DNA of 64,000 nucleotides from Candidatus Spongiisociaceae bacterium (GTDB lineage Bacteria; Actinomycetota; Acidimicrobiia; Spongiisociales; Spongiisociaceae): NCBI GenBank assembly GCA_965262915.1, contig OZ253564.1, positions 3,616,001 to 3,680,000 of the forward strand, read 5' to 3'. Shown piece by piece: positions 20,823 to 29,233 of this stretch (position 1 is its first letter; each line of letters starts with the position of its first letter). The notes under the pieces were generated by a model. It saw only the letters and a program-made list of their open reading frames with translations, ran no database searches and was not told where the DNA came from. The position numbers and the translations under genes were made by a program.

Positions 20823-22124
20823 TTAGCTCCCTTCATACGTTTGGTTGACGTCGCGATCTGTAGACCGGTCACCGGAAAGTATGTGTGGCGATCCACCTTG
20901 CCACTCAACGATGACCTGATCTCCGGGATGGTATGGATTCATGGCCCTAAGGAAGGCATTCTCTTCTATGGAGAGGGAAAGAGTTGGCTCTGTTTCGGTC
21001 TTGACACTATAGGTAACCCTGGCTCCCTCGTACTTAGCTCCGACCACCGTGGCAGTAAACTGGAATCCAGACCGATTAGGCTCTCGAGTTCTATTCTCGA
21101 GCGATTTTGTATCAACGAGTTTCAGAGTGTCCGGACGGATCACCAATGTAACTTGCTGTCCGATCAGGTTCTCGCTCGGTCCGAGGCACACAAGGGTTCC
21201 GAGAGGTGTTGCGATCTCCATTTCATCCTTCGAGATGCCGGTCACGTAACCATCGATCAGATTGTTGTTGCCAACGAACTTGGCTACGAACCGGGTCGCG
21301 GGTCGGCTGAAGATGTTTTGTGGACTGGCCAACTGTTCGACGCGCCCCGCGTTCAGGACGAGAATCCGGTCCGCCATCGCCAATGCCTCGCTTTGATCGT
21401 GTGTGACGTGGATCACAGCGCATCCCAGGACACGCTGAAGGCGCCGCAGTTCAGCCTGCATTTCGATGCGTAGAGCTGCATCGAGCGACCCCAAAGCCTC
21501 GTCAAGCAAGAGAACACGGGGTCTAGCAACAATTGCTCGAGCCAAAGCAACACGCTGCTGCTGTCCACCACTCAATTGATTCGGTTGCCTGCCACCGAGA
21601 CCGGCGAGACCAACGGTCTCCAGTGCCTTCTCAGCGGCTTGAGAGCGGTCTGACCGCTTTTCTCCTCTCATCCTGAGCGGGAATGCCACATTCTCGATCA
21701 CATTGAGGTGAGGAAAGAGTGCAAAATGTTGAAACACCATTGGGCAATCCCTCCGGTAGGGAGGTATGCCCACCACAGACTCTCCGAAGAAGCTGATCTT
21801 TCCGTCCGACAATGCCTCGAGGCCAGCGATCATTCTGATGGTTGTGGTCTTCCCAGAGCCACTAGGACCGATAATCGAGAAAAACTCGCCTTGCTCCACG
21901 TCGAACGAGATACCGTCAACCGCAACGTATTCGCCGAAGCGCCTTGAGACGTTTTCGAGGCTGACCGCGGGAGAACTCGATGCAATGCTACCGGCGGCAT
22001 CCGGCCTTGCTCTATCGACGGCGTCTCGATCGGTCAACGCCTTTTCCTGCCGTGTCACGTTGCGACCATCATGGATATGAGTCGCCAAATGTGCATCTGA
22101 TGCACGGATGGTCAATGCTCCCAC
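20823..22124 (-). CDS. Polyamine-type ABC ATP-binding protein (PotA-like); true start probably downstream
   Basis: GPSGSGKTT, VFQHFALFPHL, LSGGQQQRVALARA, VTHDQSEA. Confidence 0.93.
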   Translation of the reverse strand: MGALTIRASDAHLATHIHDGRNVTRQEKALTDRDAVDRARPDAAGSIASSSPAVSLENVSRRFGEYVAVDGISFDVEQGEFFSIIGPSGSGKTTTIRMIAGLEALSDGKISFFGESVVGIPPYRRDCPMVFQHFALFPHLNVIENVAFPLRMRGEKRSDRSQAAEKALETVGLAGLGGRQPNQLSGGQQQRVALARAIVARPRVLLLDEALGSLDAALRIEMQAELRRLQRVLGCAVIHVTHDQSEALAMADRILVLNAGRVEQLASPQNIFSRPATRFVAKFVGNNNLIDGYVTGISKDEMEIATPLGTLVCLGPSENLIGQQVTLVIRPDTLKLVDTKSLENRTREPNRSGFQFTATVVGAKYEGARVTYSVKTETEPTLSLSIEENAFLRAMNPYHPGDQVIVEWQGGSPHILSGDRSTDRDVNQTYEGS

Positions 22125-22174
22125 ATCAAAACGGTACCTAAGTGGGAACAGGGTGTCAACCGATTTTGGACTGG

Positions 22175-22398
22175 CTCTACGGTACCCGACCCGGGACGGA
22201 GCCGTCGGTCCCGCTCAGTTCCTCCCCGGCTCCTGGGCCAACTCCGGACAGGACGCCAACCACGATGGAACGGACGACCCGCAGAATGTGTTCGACGCCG
22301 CCCTCGCCACCGTCGCCCACCTCTGTCTCCCCAGCCCCGGCGACTACGCCAACTTGGCAGACCTCGCCAGGTCCCTGCGGCGTTACAACAACTCGCCC
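22175..22398 (+). pseudogene. Lytic transglycosylase fragment cut by ISL3
   Basis: AVGPAQFLPGSW...DANHDG..DPQNVFDAALA...LC...RYNNS. Confidence 0.75.
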
Positions 22399-22410
22399 CT
22401 GCGCGAAAAC

Positions 22411-22543
22411 ACTCATACTTATAGGGTTTCCGGTTGGGGCCGGGTCTGACTCACGCGAAAACTGGCCTTTGGTGCCTTTCCCACGATCTGTCGACCTGGC
22501 CCCGGCTAGGAACCCTGAACCGGGGAGCGGGGTGACTTGATAG
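22411..22543 (+). ncRNA. Predicted bridge RNA of IS110-B (5' part, continues at 24031-24121)
   Basis: Target matches CGCGAAAAC (22454-22462) and CCCACG (22480-22485). Donor matches ATAG|GAGC (split by the insertion) and TGAGTG (24052-24057). Colinear with the IS110-C end. Confidence 0.65.
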
Positions 22544-22563
22544 ACACCCCAGGAGCGTAAATG

Positions 22564-23784
22564 TCAAGCTGCGGCTCGGTCGAGCATGGTTCGGTGTGCC
22601 CAGGCGGTGTGTTCGTCGTAGGGGGTTCGGTGTTTGAGGCAGCCGTGGAGGATGCCGACGAGCCGGTTGGCGAGGGCTCGTAGTGCTTGGTGGTGGAGGT
22701 CGCCGGCTGCTTTTCGTTGGTCGTAGAAGGCTCGCGCTCCTGGACTGTTGTTGAGGGAACAGAATGCCCATTGGTCCAAAGCGTTGGGGAGTCGCCGGTT
22801 GCGGACCTGGCGGGCAACGACGGCGTGTTTGCGGCCTGATGCGATGGTGATGGGCGACGTGCCGGCGTAGTTTCTGCGAGACTTGGCGCTGGTGTAGCGG
22901 TCGGGGTCATCCCCGAACTCACCGAGCGCCCGGGCGCCGAGCACGGTACCGAGTCCTGGCTGGGAGTGGTAGATGACGGCGTCCGGGTGTTCTTCAAAAT
23001 GGGCCTCGAGGGTTTCTTCGAGGTCGGCGATCTGGCGGTTGGTTTCCGCGATGATCTTGACCAGCGAAGCAACGATCGTCCCGAAGGCGTCCGCGACCGG
23101 CCCGGGTGCGGTGAGGTGGGCACCTCTGAGGCCTTTCTGTATGCGGCGGGCAACCTTGTCGAGGTTGCGTTTCCGTCCGCCTCTCTGTACCGCTGCTCTG
23201 ATCTGGGGAAGTGTCAGGCGGGCGCCCCGGGTGGGGGTGGGTGCCCGACCGAGTATGGCTAGGGCGTCGCGATGGGCCAGGTCATCGAACGTTTCCAGGG
23301 CTGCAGGGTAGTACTCGCGCAGCGCGTTGCGCATCTGGTTGGTGTGGCGGGTCCGCGCCCAGATCAGGTTCTGATGGGCACGGGCCATGATCTTGATGCC
23401 GTCCGCGTCTGGGCTGTCCCCGGCTACCGGACGGTGGTTGTGACGGTCGGTTCGTACCAGATCGGCTAACACCTTGGCGTCTCCTCGGTCTGATTTGGCT
23501 CCACCCTGGCGGTGACGGTCCCGGTAACGGGAAACTGCCATCGGGTTGATCGCATACACCTGATAACCCGCCCCGACCAGAGCACCGACCCACAGACCAC
23601 GGTCGGTCTCGATCCCTACCACCACCTCGGCCGCATCCGATGCGTGTTTGGCGACCATCTCGTGCAAGCGGGCCACACCCGCCAGGCCCTCCGGTAGACG
23701 GGAGAACCCCAGGCGGGCTCCCTCCTCGTCCAGCAGATACACATCGTGATGTCCCTCAGCCCAGTCGTTACCCACAAAGATCAT
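22564..23784 (-). CDS. IS110 family recombinase (IS110-A)
   Basis: DEDD RuvC-like residues GNDWA, GIET, KSDRGDA. Tnp20 region PGLG...SPITIASG, ALRALANRL. Confidence 0.95.
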   Translation of the reverse strand: MIFVGNDWAEGHHDVYLLDEEGARLGFSRLPEGLAGVARLHEMVAKHASDAAEVVVGIETDRGLWVGALVGAGYQVYAINPMAVSRYRDRHRQGGAKSDRGDAKVLADLVRTDRHNHRPVAGDSPDADGIKIMARAHQNLIWARTRHTNQMRNALREYYPAALETFDDLAHRDALAILGRAPTPTRGARLTLPQIRAAVQRGGRKRNLDKVARRIQKGLRGAHLTAPGPVADAFGTIVASLVKIIAETNRQIADLEETLEAHFEEHPDAVIYHSQPGLGTVLGARALGEFGDDPDRYTSAKSRRNYAGTSPITIASGRKHAVVARQVRNRRLPNALDQWAFCSLNNSPGARAFYDQRKAAGDLHHQALRALANRLVGILHGCLKHRTPYDEHTAWAHRTMLDRAAA

Positions 23785-24027
23785 CCTTCGCCCCTTCCTT
23801 GCGCGGGTCCACTCTCTGCTGAGCTGTGGAGAACGCCTGGCGGCGACCTAATGGATCAGTGCTCTGTGGCACGCCACCCCCTCAGCGCTACAAGCGGCCC
23901 TCACTCACCGGCCGGGGCACGATCTATCAGCAGGAATCAACGTTCCAGGAGCCTGGAGTACTCACCGGCCAGCCAGCTCAACCACCACACCCTCCCAGAA
24001 ACACCGGCAGAAGTGGTGGACCCCCAT
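23785..24027 (-). ncRNA. Predicted bridge RNA of IS110-A
   Basis: About 240-nt non-coding end. On the minus strand, in order: AGGCTCCT and TGATAG (target), then GGGGTG and CCATTAG (donor junction). Confidence 0.7.
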
Positions 24028-24121
24028 TAGGAGCCTTCGACTTTTGCACCGTGAGTGTTCTGTCCGCCGCTCTGCCCGGCTCCGGGGGTTGGATTCTAGG
24101 CAGCCGACGAAAGGCGAGCAC

Positions 24122-25354
24122 ATGGCGGAGCAAGTTAGGGCCGATGGGGTAGGTGTGGTTGGCGGGGTGGACACACATCGGGATTTCCACGTTGGGGCGG
24201 TGGTGGATGGCGCGGGTCGCCTGTTGGGATCCGCCCAGTTCGGCGCTGATACCTCCGGTTATGCCCAACTGGTCGCCTGGATGGAGTCGTGGGGTCGGAT
24301 CACACGGGTCGGGGTGGAAGGAACGGGCAGCTACGGCGCTGGGCTCACACGTCATCTCACCGAGGCGGGTATCGGTGTGGTGGAGGTGAACCGTCCCAAC
24401 CGCCAGCTTCGCCGGCGGCGGGGCAAGGATGACACCACCGACGCTGAGGCAGCAGCCCGGGCTGCTCTCAACGGTGAAGCGACCGCCCTACCCAAGACGG
24501 GCGACGGACCGGTAGAAGCCACCAGGATGCTGCGGGTAGTTCGCCGCTCCGCGGTCAAAGCCCGCACCCAGGCCGCCAACCAGCTGCACGCTCTGGTAGT
24601 AACCGCTCCTGAGCCGCTCAAACACCAACTCCGGGATCTCCCGACCCGGACACAGGTCAAGGTCTGTGCCCGCTTCCGTCCAGCCACAGCGCAGACCACT
24701 GCGGCATACGCCAAGCGGGCACTGCGGCTTCTAGCCCGCCGATACCAGAATCTAGACACCGAGATCACACAGGTCGACAAACAGATCCGCGGTCTCTGCG
24801 CACGGGCCAACCCTGCGTTGCTGGCCGCCTACGGAGTAGGACCCGACACCGCCGCTGCTCTGCTGGTCGCTGCTGGTGACAACCCACGACGTATGAACTC
24901 AGAAGCAGCCTTCGCGGCCCTCTGCGCCCTCAGCCCCGTAGCCGCATCATCGGGACCGATAGTGCGGCACCGTCTCAACCGAGGCGGCAACCGCCAAGCA
25001 AACAACGCGCTATGGCGGATCGCTACCAACCGAATGCGCACCGACGCTGCCACCAAAGAATATGTCACCAGACGCGAAGCGGAAGGAAAAACCCACACCG
25101 AAATAATCCGCTGCCTGAAACGCCACATCACCCGCGAGATATACCACCTCCTCACCGACCCGCCCCCAACACCCCACGGAACCGACCTACGCCACCGCCG
25201 AACCCAAGCCCGAATCACCCTCACCCGCGCCGCCCACCACCTCGACACACAGCCCACCGTCCTATCACAACTCGAACGAGGCCTCCACCACAACCACCAC
25301 CTCGCTACCCGATACCAACACTGGCTCACCCAACAACCGATTTGCAAAACATAG
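24122..25354 (+). CDS. IS110 family recombinase (IS110-B) with C-terminal XRE-like HTH
   Basis: GVDTH, GVEGTGSYG, KDDTTDA, SPVAASSG, HRLNRGGNRQAN. Tail LRHRRTQARITLTRAAHHLDTQPTVLSQLERG. Confidence 0.93.
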   Translation: MAEQVRADGVGVVGGVDTHRDFHVGAVVDGAGRLLGSAQFGADTSGYAQLVAWMESWGRITRVGVEGTGSYGAGLTRHLTEAGIGVVEVNRPNRQLRRRRGKDDTTDAEAAARAALNGEATALPKTGDGPVEATRMLRVVRRSAVKARTQAANQLHALVVTAPEPLKHQLRDLPTRTQVKVCARFRPATAQTTAAYAKRALRLLARRYQNLDTEITQVDKQIRGLCARANPALLAAYGVGPDTAAALLVAAGDNPRRMNSEAAFAALCALSPVAASSGPIVRHRLNRGGNRQANNALWRIATNRMRTDAATKEYVTRREAEGKTHTEIIRCLKRHITREIYHLLTDPPPTPHGTDLRHRRTQARITLTRAAHHLDTQPTVLSQLERGLHHNHHLATRYQHWLTQQPICKT

Positions 25355-26817
25355 GAGCATCGTGGGTTGGGTGGGGTGAAATCCTTGGAATGGGGGTGAG
25401 GCCTCGCTGGAATCGGTGAAGTAGCAACTCGCCGATGCCAGGAGGCCTCGATGTCTGATGTTATGTCTGTTCGCCTGCACCTGTCGGGTGTTCGGGTGCT
25501 GGGGGTACTGGTCGAACTCTGTTGACCGCCTCGAGGTCGAAGTTGAATCGACCCGGGGGTGGTCGAGGTGTCCCCATTGCGGGTTTCCGCTGCTATCGGG
25601 GTGTGGGACAGGAGGGCGAAGCGGGTTCGTGACTTGGGCGTGAGCGGCCGTCGCACGACGCTGGTGTGGCGACGCCGCCGGTTCTGCTGTGACAACTGCG
25701 GGGAAGCGGCATCTCGAGGACCACGACCAGTTCAGAGCCGGCCTCATCCGCCGCCTCGCCCATCGCTTAGTCCAAGACGCGAGGGTGATGTCGATTAGGG
25801 CAGCGTCCCGCCATCATGGGGTGGGGTGGCATCGGATCATGGGCCTGGTGAGGGCCGAGTCGGCTCGGGTGGCGGATCGTCGCCGGGCCCGGCTCTGTCG
25901 GGTGCTGTTGGTGGACGAGACATCGATCCGCCATCGGCACCGGTATGTGACCGTGGTTGCCTGGTGGTGATTCCGGCGAGGTGTTGGCGATGATCCCGGG
26001 CCGTACGAAAGCATCCCTCACCAGGTTCTTCAGGGATCAAGGAGCCTGGTGGTGCCGGCAGGTGGAGATAGTCGTCTCCGACGGGTCCCGCTCATATCAG
26101 GCAGCCATCGCGCAGTATCTGCCCGACGCTCTCCACGTGTTGGACCGTTTTCATGTGGCTAGATGGTTCACCGAAGGACTCACCCTCGTGCGGCGAGAGA
26201 TACAACGCCGCCCCCCGGAGCAGCGGCCCCCAACATACGAACCGGACCTGTTCCGAGCCCGCTTCACCCTCCTGCACCTGGCGGATCATCTCAACGACGC
26301 CCACCAGGTGCACCTCGACCGGCTGTTCGACGCTCATCCCCGTCTCCGAACCGCGTGGGACGCGCTCCAAGAGCTCTACCAGCTGTATGAGGCCGACGAC
26401 CGCGACCAGGCCAACGAGGCGCTGGGACGGTTCGCTGACCTCTATGCCACAGGCCAGATCCCCGGATACCTCGACATCGTGGACACCATCATCGCCTGGG
26501 GAGAAGAAATACTGGCCTACCACCCCAGCAGACGGGCATCCAACGGACCCCTCGAAGGGATCAACAACCTCCTCCAGGTCCTACGACGAGTCGCTCACGG
26601 GTTCACTAACTACGACAACTACGCAGCCAGAGGAGTTCTCGTAACATGACTCCCACACCGACAACAGCGCCCGAAACCCACGAAATCGCGCAGCCTCACC
26701 TACTTACTGACCGGGGGCGCCTTGTGTTGGGTCTCGTCCGATTCGGTGCCGGCTATGGTGGACTATTGTCGGGTTCGGAGGAGCGAGACGGCCGGGTCCG
26801 CCGGCACGACAGACGAG

Positions 26818-27161
26818 CTAGGCTGTGCGTCCTCCCGGCAGGGACAGTTGCTCAACCAAGAGCGGCACATCAACCGTGGCGATATCCTAAAGGCGCTCAT
26901 AATCAATCGCGCCGTACTCGTGGGCTAATACATTCCTTACCCAACAATGTCAGACCACGGTATGTCCGGATAACCACTCCTGACATGCCCACTTAAGTGT
27001 GCGGCTGCTTCTCCGATGTTCTGCAAGCACCGTTCCATAGCCCGTCGCGCTAAGAACGCGTCCCCGAGGTAGACCTCCCGACCCAGCTCCGCGATCTGGC
27101 GAACCTCGTTACCGAATTGAATGATGTCCTCCATGTAACCGTAGTCTCTGCTCGACGTCAT
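26818..27161 (-). pseudogene. HepT/DUF86 HEPN ribonuclease toxin, inactivated
   Basis: ERCLQNIGEAA..L...YPDIPW. Frameshift near 26938, then RNVLAHEYGAIDYERL* in another frame. Confidence 0.85.
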
Positions 27162-27493
27162 AGCGGCACTGCCTCACCGAGGATGTTCTCGCGCCGAGAG
27201 GGGGATCTCCCATCCAATTCTCGGAGCAGCCCGTCCATGCTTATGACATCAACCTCGCGGCCCAGCAGTTCTGCAAGTGCGCGCCGGATACGGATCAGGT
27301 CGAAGAGGCTACCTTCCTTTTCGAGCTTTACCAGAAAGTCGATGTCGCTGTCTGGTCCGTCGTCGCCCCGCACTACGGAGCCGAAGACATGCACTTCCTT
27401 CCCCCGATGTGACCGAACGACCCCTAGTATCTCCTGTCGCCGTTCCTCTAGGAGGCGCATCGAAGACCTTCCAGATCCGTCCATCGCTATCAA
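27158..27493 (-). CDS. MntA-type minimal nucleotidyltransferase antitoxin
   Basis: VFGSVVRGDDGPDSDIDFLV, LLGREVDVI. 4-bp overlap with the HepT gene. Confidence 0.9.
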   Translation of the reverse strand: MIAMDGSGRSSMRLLEERRQEILGVVRSHRGKEVHVFGSVVRGDDGPDSDIDFLVKLEKEGSLFDLIRIRRALAELLGREVDVISMDGLLRELDGRSPSRRENILGEAVPL

Positions 27494-27799
27494 CCCCCAA
27501 ACCTACGCAGCCATCCCATGAGGCCGGTCATCGCCGACCAACCCTGTCATAGAGACCCCACGGGTACCACATGTAAGATTCTACCACCAACGACCCAGGG
27601 CGCCGAGGGAGACTGACTCCTCCTATTTCGGCTAAGAGGGCTAGCGGATAGGTGCTCACGTGGGGAGACACGGGCTGCGACATTTCAAGAACCGCCCGCG
27701 ATGACCTGGGGTTTCCCGACCAGCAGCCGCCTCGGAATGACTACACGGGCACCCAACCCGCGATCCCGACACCGCCCAACACCCGAAGACACCGTAGTG

Positions 27800-29233
27800 T
27801 CAACCATGTGAGTGGACGTGACCATCGCCGCGGCGTGAGACGCTGGTGGTGCTCAGCCAGGATCCCCGGACCTCGTCTTCCAGTCCTGCCGCGTGAATAG
27901 TCTCACGCGAGACTTCGGCTGCCTCGGCAAGGAGCTCCGGAACGTTCACCCCTACCGGGTCCCCATGACGCAGAAGCAATTCACCGCCGACCAGCACGTG
28001 TTGAACGGCGTGGCTGTCGGCGGAGAAGACCAGCGCGTCCACGGGGTTGGGGGTCGGCCAGGATCCCAGCGTCGCCAGATCGATCACGGCTACATCGGCG
28101 GGGGCATCCGGCCTCAGGATTCCGGAGTCGAGCCCCAGAGCCAGCGCCCCGTCACGTGTCGCCATCTGCAGGGCCCTCTCCGGAGTGATGGCCTTCGGAT
28201 TCCCGCTCACGGCCTTGTGGAGGAGCGCCGCGTACCGCAACTCGCTGAGCATGTCGTACCGGTCATTCACCATGCCGCCGTCGGTACCTAGCCCTACGTT
28301 GATGTCACGAGCGAGCATCGGCAGCACGGGGGCAACTCCGGCGCCGGTTCGCGAGTTCGAACTGGGGCAGTGCGAAACCGACGTCTCGGTTCGCTGGAGG
28401 ACACCGAGATCGGACTCGTCGAGGTGGACTCCGTGCGAGATGACCGTTGCGGGACCAAGCAACCCGAGCGACTCCGCGTAGTCGAGCGTTCCCAGACCGG
28501 TGCCCACCCGAACCGCTTCCACATCGGCCCTCTGCTCCGCGCAATGAAACGTGAGCGGAAGCCGGTGTTGCTCCATCGCACCGGAGAGAGCCTCACCGAG
28601 GCGCCGGTCCGCCCCACTCAGCACGCGCAGCCCGAGCCAGAGGGCAACCCTCTCCTGGTTGTCCCGCCGCCACCGCCTGACGAACTCGGGGAACTCCGGA
28701 TCGGCCAGGTCGAGAGAGTCGGATCCGGCGTGTGAGTGATGATGATGCCCTTGCGAATGCGAGGAGGCGCCGTAACCGGCCCCGGAAGCGACTGCCACCG
28801 CGAGTCCTGCCCGGATGCCGATCTCTCCGGTAGCTGCCGCGACCTGATGCACCAGATGGGCGGGCACCTCCGGGTCGAGCACCGCCGTGGTGCCCGAGCG
28901 GAGCATCTCCACGCAAGCCAACCGGATGCCCACTCCGATGGATTCCGCATCGAGCTGGGCCATCAGGGGATGCTTGCGGTTGGCTATCCAGGCGATGGTG
29001 TTCTGCTCGCCGCCGCATCCCCGCCAGAGAACTTCGGCCATGTGAGCATGGGTATTGACGAAACCCGGCATGACAATCGAGCCGCGGCAATCGATCGATT
29101 CCTTGTGCTGGACGTGGCCCTCGACGATCCCGGCTACACGTCCCTCCTCGATCACCACAGTGGCCTCGGCGTATGCGGGTCCGGCGGGGTCCATCGTCAG
29201 CACCAACCCACCCGAGAGGCTGCCGACATTCAT
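27800..29233 (-). CDS. Amidohydrolase (MTA/SAH deaminase, AtzA-like group)
   Basis: MPGFVNTHAH, FHCAE, SHGVH, HCPSSN, LGTDG. The ATG overlaps the upstream stop codon (ATGA). Confidence 0.9.
   Translation of the reverse strand: MNVGSLSGGLVLTMDPAGPAYAEATVVIEEGRVAGIVEGHVQHKESIDCRGSIVMPGFVNTHAHMAEVLWRGCGGEQNTIAWIANRKHPLMAQLDAESIGVGIRLACVEMLRSGTTAVLDPEVPAHLVHQVAAATGEIGIRAGLAVAVASGAGYGASSHSQGHHHHSHAGSDSLDLADPEFPEFVRRWRRDNQERVALWLGLRVLSGADRRLGEALSGAMEQHRLPLTFHCAEQRADVEAVRVGTGLGTLDYAESLGLLGPATVISHGVHLDESDLGVLQRTETSVSHCPSSNSRTGAGVAPVLPMLARDINVGLGTDGGMVNDRYDMLSELRYAALLHKAVSGNPKAITPERALQMATRDGALALGLDSGILRPDAPADVAVIDLATLGSWPTPNPVDALVFSADSHAVQHVLVGGELLLRHGDPVGVNVPELLAEAAEVSRETIHAAGLEDEVRGSWLSTTSVSRRGDGHVHSHG

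Larger units (their letters stand above)
22544..24030 (-). mobile_element. IS110-A element, intact
   Basis: Bounded by TAG at 22541-22543 and 24028-24030. Removing it restores GTGACTTGATAGGAGCCTTCGA, homologous to GTGACCTAATAGGAGCCTTCGA in IS110-C. Confidence 0.9.
22411..25361 (+). mobile_element. IS110-B element, interrupted by IS110-A
   Basis: Left end (C)ACTCATACT and right end ATAGGAGCATC, both shared with IS110-C. The non-coding end is split into 22411-22543 and 24031-24121. Confidence 0.88.
22399..26695 (+). mobile_element. ISL3 copy 1, frameshifted, with its left end interrupted by IS110-B
   Basis: GCGCGAAAAC (22401-22410) plus GTGGGTTGGG (25362 onward) rebuilds the intact end seen at 54464. 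Transposase pieces 25451-26649 (VDETSI, VSDG, LDRFHV, SNGPLEGINN). Right end CCCACGAAATCGCGCAGCC. Confidence 0.88.
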
